A stretch of DNA of 64,000 bases from Clostridia bacterium. GTDB lineage: Bacteria; Bacillota; Clostridia; Oscillospirales; CAG-272. Both the position numbers and the translations under genes were made by a program. Below the pieces are notes generated by a model, which made no database searches, was not told the DNA's origin, and worked only from the letters and a program-made list of their open reading frames with translations. Of the stretch, positions 9,995 to 19,546 are shown piece by piece. Every line of letters starts with the position of its first letter. Positions within the stretch are counted from its first letter, which is position 1. The DNA lies in NCBI GenBank assembly GCA_017547655.1, contig JAFYPF010000027.1:9356-73355 (forward strand). The letters are read 5' to 3'.

Positions 9995-11311
9995 GTGAAT
10001 ACTGTTTTGATAATATTTTTGTTGTGGGTACCGTTTATTTTGTATGCTTCAATATACGGCACAATATATTCTGTAAGGGGATATAAAAAGGGGCTATATC
10101 GTTCCTTAATATCGGTTGGCGCGACGGGTGTTGCGGGCGTAATAAGCGCTATACTCGCCAAGTTTTTTGCGGCGAGGATTGCAGATGACGCATATAATGC
10201 TATAATGTCGGAGGGAATTGATGCTTCAAGTCCGTTTGTTGCTGATTTAGTTGCTCTTTTTGCCAAGGGGGCGTTACAAGGATTTATGGCATTGTTTTTA
10301 TTTTCGTCGATACTCTTTTGGGCAACGATTATTGTCAAGGTTATTGCGAGTGCTATAGTTAAAAATAGATTTGAGCCGCAAAATAAGAGTATGCGTTGGG
10401 CGGGAATGGGAGTTCGTTTGGTGGAGGCTATTGTTTTTTCTCTGCTTTTATTGCTTCCGCTCTACGGAACGTTGGCGACTTATATGCCTATAGCCGAAGA
10501 CGTTATTGCTATGACGACAACCACTGATAGCGAAAGCGATGATTTGACTGTTTTGGAGATAATCGGAGAAATAAACAATCATCCATTGCTTAAAGCTGTA
10601 AGGACAAAGCCTATTACTGTTATATATAACGCTCTTTCTGAGTCAAATCTTGAGAGTTCAAGCATCAATCTTCCCGAAATCGTTTCGTCGGTTAGTGGCA
10701 TTTTGGAGCAGTTAAAAGGAATAAAAAATATTCCCGAGGAAGAAAGAGTAGCTGCAATACAGTCGCTTATACAATATCTTGAAAGTGATGTTGTCAATCA
10801 AGAATGGGTTTACGACGTTTATCTTCTTGCGAAAAATGAGATTGTAAAAATGTACAATGAATCGACGAGTGATATGACAGCAGAGGAAAGACGTGTTGCC
10901 GATGAACTCATCAAATCACTCGATATGCCGAAAAAAGATTTTCAAGCCGGTGTCAAGGAGTCTCTTCGATTTACCGAATACCTTATTGAAAGCGACTTTA
11001 TGGATAAGTTAGAAAATGAGGGAGAATCCGTTTTTGATGATGATGAATTTTTATATTCATTAGGCGAATGGTTAAACTGCAGTGATTCTATGCTGGCTAT
11101 CAAAAAGACTCTTGTTTTGACTGCCTTGAACAGTGTTACCGAAGATATTGATGCGTCTATGAAAATCATTTCCGAGCTTGATTTGAAGATTCATACAGAC
11201 AAGGAAGAACAGAAGAATGAGGCGAAAGAGATATTGAAGATTATTTTTGAGAACTTGATGAACGAAACCTCGAATATCGACAGTGCGGCAGAATCTGCTC
11301 CTATCTCTTGA
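9995..11311 (+). CDS. Hypothetical membrane protein (about 4 N-terminal TM helices, loosely CvpA-like, plus an acidic helical domain)
   Basis: Long ORF; GAGGTG RBS before GTG at 9995; hydrophobic N-terminal third. Confidence 0.7.
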   Translation: MNTVLIIFLLWVPFILYASIYGTIYSVRGYKKGLYRSLISVGATGVAGVISAILAKFFAARIADDAYNAIMSEGIDASSPFVADLVALFAKGALQGFMALFLFSSILFWATIIVKVIASAIVKNRFEPQNKSMRWAGMGVRLVEAIVFSLLLLLPLYGTLATYMPIAEDVIAMTTTTDSESDDLTVLEIIGEINNHPLLKAVRTKPITVIYNALSESNLESSSINLPEIVSSVSGILEQLKGIKNIPEEERVAAIQSLIQYLESDVVNQEWVYDVYLLAKNEIVKMYNESTSDMTAEERRVADELIKSLDMPKKDFQAGVKESLRFTEYLIESDFMDKLENEGESVFDDDEFLYSLGEWLNCSDSMLAIKKTLVLTALNSVTEDIDASMKIISELDLKIHTDKEEQKNEAKEILKIIFENLMNETSNIDSAAESAPIS

Positions 11312-11323
11312 ATTTGTTATAAG

Positions 11324-11360
11324 AAAAAAATACCTGCGAAATTCGCAGGTATTTTTATTT
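11324..11360. terminator. Bidirectional terminator
   Basis: AAAAATACCTGCGAA-a-TTCGCAGGTATTTTT between convergent genes. Confidence 0.85.
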
Positions 11361-11810
11361 TACGATTGCGTGTTTGGTTTTAGAGAGAATGGAACGGAAA
11401 TACGAGTAAGTCTTTCTCAAATAATACGTACGCCTGTTTAACTGAACGTATATTTTATACAACTTGTTTTTGTTGCAGTCAATAAATTTATCATCTCTGT
11501 AAAAGCCCTCAAGAACACCTATGATGTTTTTGTTTTCGATATCGTATTCGTTAAAAAAATTGTTATCTCCTCGGATAATATATCCGTTTTCAAGAACTTT
11601 AATTACCCTGTGGAGAACGTATTTTCCCATATTGTTTTTATACAGAAGAACGTCGTTTTCTTTAGGGAGACCTTCTAATTTTTTTACGATAATGGTATCA
11701 CGATTTTGACGTATAAGAGGCATCATACTGAAGCCTTTTGTCAGTTGAGCCAATACTCCGTCTCTTTGTATGATTGTTTCGTAATCGATTATTTCGTTGT
11801 TTTTGTTCAT
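11355..11810 (-). CDS. S24/S26-like serine peptidase without an N-terminal TM segment
   Basis: GFSMMP (catalytic Ser), YVLHRV (His general base, as in ER/SipW-type signal peptidases), RGDNN. Confidence 0.8.
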   Translation of the reverse strand: MNKNNEIIDYETIIQRDGVLAQLTKGFSMMPLIRQNRDTIIVKKLEGLPKENDVLLYKNNMGKYVLHRVIKVLENGYIIRGDNNFFNEYDIENKNIIGVLEGFYRDDKFIDCNKNKLYKIYVQLNRRTYYLRKTYSYFRSILSKTKHAIVK

Positions 11811-11816
11811 ACAGAT

Positions 11817-12083
11817 TTATTCGATAATAAGATTGTTTTCTCTTAAAGTTTCAAGATAAGCTTCGATAGAGTTTTTTGCCTCTTCGGCGGATACGTCATA
11901 GTTTTCTGTAATTTTATTTATGATTTCCTCTGTCGAAATATCATTTTCGAGGAGTTTGAAGATAAATTCTCCTACAGAATTTAACTTTATCATACCGTTA
12001 AATTTATCATTTTCGTTTCCGACAGCAAGCGCAACAGCCTGACCTGCAACATTTCTTACAATAAAGTTGTATTTAAGTTTCAT
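11817..12083 (-). CDS. PqqD-family protein / RiPP recognition element (RRE) #1
   Basis: 88 aa; GMIKLNSVGEFIFKLL...ITENYDVSAEEAKNSIEAYLETLRENNLI, the three-strand three-helix PqqD pattern. Confidence 0.85.
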   Translation of the reverse strand: MKLKYNFIVRNVAGQAVALAVGNENDKFNGMIKLNSVGEFIFKLLENDISTEEIINKITENYDVSAEEAKNSIEAYLETLRENNLIIE

Positions 12084-12131
12084 AGTTCTATACCCTCATT
12101 TATCATTGAATTGTTTTTTGTATGCCGAGTT

Positions 12132-12545
12132 TTAATTTTCTTTTTCTGTTTTCTTTTTGTCCATCTTTTTCTTTACGGTCAAAATAATAGTCGTTACGAT
12201 TACATATAGAATAGAGAAAACTATTGTAAACGTAAATGCAAATGCCTGATTTTCCGAAGCGCCGGATATACCGAAAAGTATAACGTACATACCGACAACC
12301 GATGAGACGAAGTTCAATATAACTCGAAGAATAATATTGATTTTCTGAGGCTTCAAAAGAAGTGAAGAAAGAGACAGCCAAAGAGCAAGTAATGCTAACA
12401 GTAATAATGCAGAAATATTCAGATGATTACCGGCAATTGCTCCGCCGGAAAAAGAAATAAAAGAGCACGCCAATACGAATATTGTAAAGATAACGCAAGC
12501 GTTTTGAAAAACGCCGTAAACTGATTTAAGGAAATTTCTTTTCAT
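12132..12545 (-). CDS. Small 4-TM membrane protein
   Basis: Four hydrophobic segments, basic C-terminal tail, GAGGTG RBS. Confidence 0.65.
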   Translation of the reverse strand: MKRNFLKSVYGVFQNACVIFTIFVLACSFISFSGGAIAGNHLNISALLLLALLALWLSLSSLLLKPQKINIILRVILNFVSSVVGMYVILFGISGASENQAFAFTFTIVFSILYVIVTTIILTVKKKMDKKKTEKEN

Positions 12546-12562
12546 TTGTTGACATACACCTC

Positions 12563-13534
12563 TTAAACAAGATCGGAGAAGCTTATTTCAAAGGTGTTTA
12601 CAACCTTTTCGTGAGCCTTAAGATATTTTTGCGTACCATTTTCTACGTTGGCTTTAAAGCCTGAATTTGTTGCAGTCATAGGTTCAAGACCGCATACGTA
12701 TGTTCCGGACTGACAAGCCTTCCATTCGAGGAAGTTTGTGAGGGCGGGGGAGAGATAGTTTATTTTGAGTCTTGTGTTAATATCTTCGTTGTCGATACCG
12801 AAGCATTTTTCCGACAGCTCGTGTTCGAACAACATTTCGCCAAAGTTATCCTGCGGAGCCTCAAAATATTTCCAAGCATCGGGATTTTCTTTTGCCAAAG
12901 CATTAAATGGGTGGCATTTTGTGGATGGGATTACGATTTTTGAATTTTCGGACATGAGAGGATAACCGAGGTTAAAGTGATAGAGCATAGAAAGATGTGT
13001 ATCGGTAAATCCTTCGTTTTTGATAATGTCTTTAATAAAGATTTTATCCTCGCCGTATTTACAAGTGATTGAACGAGTTAAAGTCATATTTGAGCCGAAT
13101 AAAATAGCTTCGCGCATTACACCCGAGATTGTAACCGAGCTTCCGTCTTCGGGGATTTCGATATTTAGGTGTTCGCAAGGCGTATTGCTCATTCTTCCGT
13201 GGAATGTAAGCTCGGGGTTTGTTCCGTCAGCACCGCCGTAGTTTTTTAAACCGCAGGTAGCAAGAAAACCACCGCCGAAGGAGCGCAACCATACGTTTCC
13301 GAGTTCGTTATAATACGAGGGGTTTACAACGCCGTTCGGGGTGTGGAATGCCATATTCTTATTTTTAAAACGTACTGTAAAAAGGTCGAGACAACGGTCG
13401 GGAAGAACTGTAAAGTGGAGATTTGCGCCGTTCCAAATATCTATAGCGCGAGTACCTTCAGCTTTTCCGTTGCTGAATTTGTATTCTCTTACGTCAAATA
13501 ATTGCATTCTGTTTCCGATATACTTGTTATTCAT
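12563..13534 (-). CDS. Aldose 1-epimerase-like (DUF4432-type) protein
   Basis: VLPDRCLD, GFLATCG, HGRMSN, LYHFNLGYP, GLEP. Confidence 0.8.
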   Translation of the reverse strand: MNNKYIGNRMQLFDVREYKFSNGKAEGTRAIDIWNGANLHFTVLPDRCLDLFTVRFKNKNMAFHTPNGVVNPSYYNELGNVWLRSFGGGFLATCGLKNYGGADGTNPELTFHGRMSNTPCEHLNIEIPEDGSSVTISGVMREAILFGSNMTLTRSITCKYGEDKIFIKDIIKNEGFTDTHLSMLYHFNLGYPLMSENSKIVIPSTKCHPFNALAKENPDAWKYFEAPQDNFGEMLFEHELSEKCFGIDNEDINTRLKINYLSPALTNFLEWKACQSGTYVCGLEPMTATNSGFKANVENGTQKYLKAHEKVVNTFEISFSDLV

Positions 13535-13711
13535 AGCGCACCTCTTTATAATTCATTTATTTTGTACAAAACGATACCCGAAAATACGAGTACAGTTAAC
13601 TATATTATATCACATTTACGTTTTATTGCAAGTAAAATTTTAAAAAAATTACACAATGCGAAAAAAATAGGCGTATTTGCAAATATATATAAATATTAAA
13701 TACTAACTATA

Positions 13712-13740
13712 TTGACTTTTTATGCAAAAAAGTTTATAAT
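13712..13740 (+). promoter_or_regulatory. Sigma-A promoter for the nusB operon
   Basis: TTGACT, 17 bp, TATAAT. Confidence 0.7.
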
Positions 13741-13781
13741 ATACAGTGATTAACTGTATAAAAATGTAAGAGGAGTCAGAT

Positions 13782-14192
13782 ATGAACAGACGACAGGCGA
13801 GAGAGAATGTTTTTTACTTGGTTTTTGAGACTGAATTTCAGAAAGAGGAAATCAATTCGGCAGAGTTGTTTCAAAGCGCACAGGAATTAGGTGTTATTGA
13901 ATACGATGAATTTACCGAGCGTGTTTTCTTCGGTGTAATGTCAGAACTTGAAAATCTTGACAGAAAGATAGAAGAAAATACAAAAGGCTGGAAGCTGGAG
14001 AGAATATCTAAAGTTTCACTTGCCATTATGCGTATTTGTGTATATGAAATGCTTTGTTGTGAGGACGTTCCTTTCAACATTTCGATTAACGAGGCTGTTG
14101 AGTTGGCAAAGAAGTTTGATTATGACAAAGCTCCCTCGTTTATAAACGGTGTAGTTAATAAGATTGCCGAAAACGAAGGTTTGAAAAAATAA
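13782..14192 (+). CDS. nusB: Transcription antitermination factor NusB
   Basis: MNRRQARE, SINEAVELAKKF, FINGV. Confidence 0.95.
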   Translation: MNRRQARENVFYLVFETEFQKEEINSAELFQSAQELGVIEYDEFTERVFFGVMSELENLDRKIEENTKGWKLERISKVSLAIMRICVYEMLCCEDVPFNISINEAVELAKKFDYDKAPSFINGVVNKIAENEGLKK

Positions 14193-15115
14193 TGGGCGTT
14201 TTTCTCGGTATAGACACAAGCAATTATACAACGTCGATGGCTGTGTGCGATTCGGACGGAATATTATTGAACGAGAAGATATTGCTTGAGGTTAAAGAGG
14301 GCGAAAGAGGGCTTAGACAAAGTGATGCTTTTTTTTCGCACATAAGCAATCTCCCAATTATTGCCGAAAGAATAGGCAGACAAGATATTATTGCCGTTGG
14401 AGTTTCATCGAAGCCTCGCGACGTTGAGGGCTCGTATATGCCTTGCTTTAAGGCGGGAGAAAGCTTTGCCGATTCACTCGGTAAGCTTATAAATGTACCT
14501 GTATATAAGTTTTCGCACCAAACCGGACACGTTGTTGCGGCGGCATATTCGGCAGAACGTATGGATTTGCTGAAAACAAGTTTTAATGCGTTTCACGTTT
14601 CCGGAGGAACGACAGAGATACTTTTGTGTGACGGGAACGGAGAAAAGCTTGAAATTGAGAATATAGGCGGTACGCTTGACCTTAATGCAGGACAGGCAAT
14701 AGACCGAACGGGAGTTTTGCTTGGCTTGAAATTTCCTTGCGGACCTAAATTAGAGGAATTAGCTTTGAAAGGTAAATTGCCCGAAAATCCCAAAATTTGC
14801 GTTAAGGGCTTAAATTGCAACCTTTCGGGACTCGAAAATAAGGTTATTGGATTAAAGGCTAAAGGGGTTTCATACGAGGATATAGCCTTGTACGCTCTTA
14901 AATACGTTGAAATGACTTTAGAGAAGCTTACGGGAAATTTGAGAAGTGAATATGACCTTCCGATAATTTTTGCGGGCGGAGTAATGAGTAATTCGGCTAT
15001 AAAAAAAGCGTTATCAAAATATGACGAGTCATATTTTGCCGAAAGAGCATTTTCGGCGGATAATGCGGCAGGGATAGCTTTACTTGCAAGGAATACTTAT
15101 TCAGAAAACAAATAA
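14192..15115 (+). CDS. TsaD/Kae1-like ASKHA protein (divergent paralogue)
   Basis: LGIDTSNYTTS, HQTGH metal motif, HVSGGT, AGGVMSN, DNAAGIA. Confidence 0.8.
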   Translation: MGVFLGIDTSNYTTSMAVCDSDGILLNEKILLEVKEGERGLRQSDAFFSHISNLPIIAERIGRQDIIAVGVSSKPRDVEGSYMPCFKAGESFADSLGKLINVPVYKFSHQTGHVVAAAYSAERMDLLKTSFNAFHVSGGTTEILLCDGNGEKLEIENIGGTLDLNAGQAIDRTGVLLGLKFPCGPKLEELALKGKLPENPKICVKGLNCNLSGLENKVIGLKAKGVSYEDIALYALKYVEMTLEKLTGNLRSEYDLPIIFAGGVMSNSAIKKALSKYDESYFAERAFSADNAAGIALLARNTYSENK

Positions 15116-15134
15116 CGAAGGAAAGTGAGGGATA

Positions 15135-16358
15135 ATGGTGGCAGAAGAAACAAGGCGGATAATCACCGTTTCCCAATTAAATGAATATATTAAGGCTGTG
15201 ATTGAGGGACAGCCCGTGTTGCGCAGTTTGTTTGTAAAGGGCGAGATTTCGAACTTTACCAATCACTACAAGACGGGACATTTCTACTTTACGTTAAAGG
15301 ACGAAAACAGTCTTATAAGATGCATAATGTTTAAAGGCTTTGCCGAGAAGCTGAAATTCGTACCCGAAAACGGTATGAAAATTATACTTCATGGAAAGGT
15401 TTCGGCATATCCTAAAGACGGTCAGTATCAGTTGTATGCCGATAACATGGAGCCTGACGGTATAGGAGCTTTATATATAGCTTACGAACAGCTTAAGGCT
15501 AAACTTGAAAAAGAGGGCTTGTTTAATCCGATACACAAGAAGCCGTTACCCAAGATACCCAAAAGGGTTGGTATAATTACATCTCCGACGGGTGCGGCAA
15601 TACGAGATATTATAAATATTCTCGGTAGGCGTTTTCCTTATGCCGAGGGCGTTTTATATCCTGCGTTGGTGCAGGGGGACGGAGCACCCGCACAGCTTAT
15701 TGCGGGTATGAAGTACTTTAATTCGGCTAATAACGTTGACGTTATCATAATAGGCAGAGGCGGCGGCTCTATAGAAGATTTGTGGGCTTTTAACGACGAG
15801 GGATTGGCTCGAGAGGTTTTTGCATCAAAGATACCGGTAATTTCGGCGGTAGGACACGAGACCGACTTTACTATATGCGACTTTGTTGCTGACAGAAGAG
15901 CGCCGACGCCGTCGGCTGCGGCAGAACTTGCTGTTCCCGAGACAATGGAATTAAAGCAAAAGATATTAAATATAATTGGCAGAATGGATATGCTGATTAT
16001 GCATAATATAGAAAACAACAGACAAAGGCTTAACGAGCTTTCGGGAAAACGAGTTTTAAATACTCCCGATTACATTGTTGACGACAGACGTTTTCAGCTT
16101 ATGAATCTTGATGCTCGAATGGAAAACGGTATGAAGTATTCGTTGAGCTTAAAGAAAGAACTTTTTGCACGTTATACGTCAAAGCTTGAGGCTTTGAATC
16201 CGATGTCGGTTATATCAAGAGGCTATTCGGCAGTATTCACCGATGAAGGACGGCTTATAAAAAGTGTTGACCAGGTTGAGGTTGGCGACAGATTAAACTT
16301 TAAGACGGTGGACGGAACAGTGTCTGCTGAAGTGAAAGGAAAGATTAAGAATGGATAA
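15135..16358 (+). CDS. xseA: Exodeoxyribonuclease VII large subunit
   Basis: GEISNF, GHFYFTLKD, RGGGSIEDLWAFN, GHETDFT, PTPSAAAE. Confidence 0.95.
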   Translation: MVAEETRRIITVSQLNEYIKAVIEGQPVLRSLFVKGEISNFTNHYKTGHFYFTLKDENSLIRCIMFKGFAEKLKFVPENGMKIILHGKVSAYPKDGQYQLYADNMEPDGIGALYIAYEQLKAKLEKEGLFNPIHKKPLPKIPKRVGIITSPTGAAIRDIINILGRRFPYAEGVLYPALVQGDGAPAQLIAGMKYFNSANNVDVIIIGRGGGSIEDLWAFNDEGLAREVFASKIPVISAVGHETDFTICDFVADRRAPTPSAAAELAVPETMELKQKILNIIGRMDMLIMHNIENNRQRLNELSGKRVLNTPDYIVDDRRFQLMNLDARMENGMKYSLSLKKELFARYTSKLEALNPMSVISRGYSAVFTDEGRLIKSVDQVEVGDRLNFKTVDGTVSAEVKGKIKNG

Positions 16359-16584
16359 TAATATTACTTTTGAACAGGCATTGGCGAGACTTGAAGAAAT
16401 AGTTAGAATGCTCGAGGGAGGCTCGGCACCGCTTGATAAATCACTCGAATATTTCGAGGAGGGCGTTAGGCTCGTTAAGATGTGTAACGTTCAGCTTGAT
16501 AACGTTGAGCAAAGAATTAAGATTTTATCCAAAAATGATTCTGGAGAAATGACCGAGGCAGACTTTGTCGGAGGGCGTGAATGA
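16351..16584 (+). CDS. xseB: Exodeoxyribonuclease VII small subunit
   Basis: TFEQALARLEEIV..LE. Confidence 0.93.
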   Translation: MDNNITFEQALARLEEIVRMLEGGSAPLDKSLEYFEEGVRLVKMCNVQLDNVEQRIKILSKNDSGEMTEADFVGGRE

Positions 16585-17459
16585 GCTTTAAGGATTTATT
16601 AAAATCAGATCTTTTGCTCGTTGACGATGCGCTTGAAAAGTATCTTGTTACAAAAGACGGGATGTTTCCGAAGTTGTTTGAATCGATGAAGTATACGACG
16701 ATGGCAGGCGGTAAGAGGATAAGAGCATTTTTGACACTTATGTTTGCCCGTCTTGCGGGCGGAAAAGCTGAAAGTGCAGTGCCTTACGCTTGTGCTTTGG
16801 AGATGATACACGCATATTCTCTTATTCACGACGATTTGCCCTGTATGGACAATGACGATATGAGAAGAGGAAAGCCGTCGAACCATATAGTTTACGGAGA
16901 GGCAAATGCTTTGTTGGCGGGAGATGCCTTGTTGACATATGCTTTTGAAGTTTGCGCGAGTAATAAATTTGTTGAACCTGCTCGTAATGCCAGGGCTGTC
17001 GGTGTTCTTGCTAAATGCGCAGGGCCGTGCGGTATGGTGGGCGGTCAGGTGCTTGACCTTGAGGGTGAAAAAAGAAAGCTCAATCAAGAAGAGCTTCACC
17101 ACGTTCATAATTTGAAGACGAGTGCGCTTATTCGGGCGGCTTGTGTTCTTGGCTGCTGTGCTTCTCAAGACGGTGACGGCTATATAGAGAAAGCGAAGAT
17201 TTACGGACAAAATATAGGACTTGCATTTCAGGTTGTTGACGATATTCTTGACGTAACGAGCGATGAAGAAACATTAGGGAAGCCTATAGGCAGTGATGCT
17301 GAAAACAATAAAACGACATATATGGATTTTATGACGCTTGAAGAAGCGGCAGATTACGCAAGGAAACTTACAGACGAAGCGTGTGAAGTTATTGGGCAGG
17401 GAGAAGCTGCCGAGATATTAAAGGAACTCGCTTACTACCTACTTGAAAGAAAGAATTAA
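16581..17459 (+). CDS. ispA: Farnesyl/geranylgeranyl diphosphate synthase
   Basis: GGKRIR, HDDLPCMDNDDMRRG, FQVVDDILD. Confidence 0.92.
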   Translation: MSFKDLLKSDLLLVDDALEKYLVTKDGMFPKLFESMKYTTMAGGKRIRAFLTLMFARLAGGKAESAVPYACALEMIHAYSLIHDDLPCMDNDDMRRGKPSNHIVYGEANALLAGDALLTYAFEVCASNKFVEPARNARAVGVLAKCAGPCGMVGGQVLDLEGEKRKLNQEELHHVHNLKTSALIRAACVLGCCASQDGDGYIEKAKIYGQNIGLAFQVVDDILDVTSDEETLGKPIGSDAENNKTTYMDFMTLEEAADYARKLTDEACEVIGQGEAAEILKELAYYLLERKN

Positions 17460-17462
17460 GAA

Positions 17463-18191
17463 ATGCGTCTTGATGTGTATTTAACCGACAGTAATATTTT
17501 TGAAAGCCGAAAAAAAGCGACCGACAATATAAAAGAGGGCTGTATTTCGGTTGACGGAAAAATTATAACCAAACCTGCCTATTTTGTTGACGGTTTGGAA
17601 AAAATAGAGGTAATCGGAAACTTTTGTCCGTACGTTGGCAGGGGAGGATTTAAGCTTGAGGGAGCTCTCGATTTCTTTAAGATTGATGTGAATGGTTTAA
17701 CGTGTGTTGATATAGGCTCTTCGACGGGTGGATTTACGGACTGTCTTTTACAAAGAGGCGCCGCAAGGGTTTATGCGGTTGATTCGGGGCGTGATCAGCT
17801 TCACTCCAAGCTTCGTGAGGACAGCAAGGTTGTGTGTATGGAGGAGTTTAACGCAAGACAGCTTACTGTTGATAATTTAGGTGGAGAAGTTGATTTGGCG
17901 GTAATGGACGTTTCGTTTATTTCTCAAACACATCTTTATCAAGCAGTTTCATCGGTGCTGAAGGATAACGGATTTTTTATTTCTTTGGTTAAGCCGCAAT
18001 TTGAAGCGGGAAAATCTCATATCGGTAAAAACGGAATAGTAAAAAACGAAAAAATTCACAGAATAGTTTGTGAGAATATAAAAGACGTTGCAAGAATTTA
18101 CGGACTGCAATGTATTGAAATAATTGAGTCGCCCATTAAAGGCGGGGACGGAAATAAAGAATTTTTAGCATTGTTTAAGCTTAAAAAATGA
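17463..18191 (+). CDS. tlyA: TlyA-family rRNA 2'-O-methyltransferase
   Basis: S4 domain, RGGFKL, DIGSSTGGFTD, DVSFIS, LVKPQFE. Confidence 0.93.
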   Translation: MRLDVYLTDSNIFESRKKATDNIKEGCISVDGKIITKPAYFVDGLEKIEVIGNFCPYVGRGGFKLEGALDFFKIDVNGLTCVDIGSSTGGFTDCLLQRGAARVYAVDSGRDQLHSKLREDSKVVCMEEFNARQLTVDNLGGEVDLAVMDVSFISQTHLYQAVSSVLKDNGFFISLVKPQFEAGKSHIGKNGIVKNEKIHRIVCENIKDVARIYGLQCIEIIESPIKGGDGNKEFLALFKLKK

Positions 18192-18209
18192 CATATCGGA
18201 GATTTTGAT

Positions 18210-19058
18210 ATGAAGAAAATTGCTTTGAATATAAAAAACAATACCGAAGAGGGTATTAGGGTTGCGCAGGAGACAGCTGATATATTGTGCGATTTAGGTT
18301 GTTCGCTATATGCTTCTGATAGCTCCGAAAAATATATCGGGAAAAGAAAAAATGTCTTTTATTCAGATGAAGGAGATTTTTTGAGAGAGGCTGAATGTGT
18401 AATTGTTTTTGGCGGAGACGGCTCGATAATGCGAACTGCTCACAGAACAAGGCTTCCGATACTCGGTATAAATTTAGGCAGAATAGGTTATATAGCCGAG
18501 CTTGAAACGAATGAACTACAGTTGCTTAACGAACTCGTTAATGATAATTTTTCTCTGGAAAACAGAATGATGCTAAATTATACAGTAACAAAAGGCGGTT
18601 GTAAGACGGCTGAAGCGAACGTATTAAACGAGGTTGTGCTCTCGAAGGGCGGTTATTCGGTTATGTCGGAGATAGAGCTTGTTTGTAACGGCGAAGAAGT
18701 TGGAAAATATTTTGCTGACGGGTTAATATGTACAACACCTACAGGCTCTACGGGATATTCGCTTTCGGCGGGCGGTTCGATAATAGATCCCGGTATGGAA
18801 TGTTTTGGTGTTTCTCAAATTTGTCCACAGTCGTTTTATGCAAAACCGTTGATTTTTGGTGGCTCATCTGTTCTTGAATTCAGAAAAGGGTGGAGAGGGC
18901 ACGGAAAAATCGTTCTTAACGGAGATGGCGATTTTGTGTGTGAAATAGAGCATGGCGACGTAGTTACGGTAAAAAAGAGTGATGTGTATACAAAGCTGAT
19001 AAAAATAAAGAAAAATAATTTTTACAGCGTTATGCGCAGCAAGATGACCGAAATATAG
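18210..19058 (+). CDS. nadK: NAD kinase
   Basis: GGDGS, NE motif, TPTGSTGYSLSAGG. Confidence 0.93.
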   Translation: MKKIALNIKNNTEEGIRVAQETADILCDLGCSLYASDSSEKYIGKRKNVFYSDEGDFLREAECVIVFGGDGSIMRTAHRTRLPILGINLGRIGYIAELETNELQLLNELVNDNFSLENRMMLNYTVTKGGCKTAEANVLNEVVLSKGGYSVMSEIELVCNGEEVGKYFADGLICTTPTGSTGYSLSAGGSIIDPGMECFGVSQICPQSFYAKPLIFGGSSVLEFRKGWRGHGKIVLNGDGDFVCEIEHGDVVTVKKSDVYTKLIKIKKNNFYSVMRSKMTEI

Positions 19059-19072
19059 AAAAAAGAGGAAGC

Positions 19073-19531
19073 ATGATGAAAAAGGAAAGACAGAAGAAGA
19101 TACTTGAAATAATAGAGAGATATAATGTCGAGACGCAAGAGGAGCTTACCGCAAGGCTTATGGAAGAGGGGTACAAGGTTACACAGGCGACCGCTTCACG
19201 AGACATAAGAGAGCTTAACCTTGTAAAAGTATCGGTTGACGGCACAGCGTATAAGTATGCGCAGGCGCCGAATGAAGATATAAAAATATCGGTTAAATAT
19301 AAAAACATACTCAAAGAGACGCTTGTCAGTGCAGATTATGCTTGTCATACCGTGGTGTTGAAGACGTATTCGGGTATGGCTCAAGCGGCGGCGGCGGCAA
19401 TAGATAATATGGGGTGGAATGAAATAGTCGGCTCGGTTGCGGGAGATGATACTATTATTATAGTAATGCGCAGTGATGATAGCGCAAAGGACTTTTATTC
19501 CAAGTTTAATAATCTTATTGCTCGTAAATAA
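19073..19531 (+). CDS. argR: Arginine repressor
   Basis: TQEEL, TQATASRDIREL, AGDDT. Confidence 0.95.
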   Translation: MMKKERQKKILEIIERYNVETQEELTARLMEEGYKVTQATASRDIRELNLVKVSVDGTAYKYAQAPNEDIKISVKYKNILKETLVSADYACHTVVLKTYSGMAQAAAAAIDNMGWNEIVGSVAGDDTIIIVMRSDDSAKDFYSKFNNLIARK

Positions 19532-19546
19532 TTTTAGCAAAAAGGG

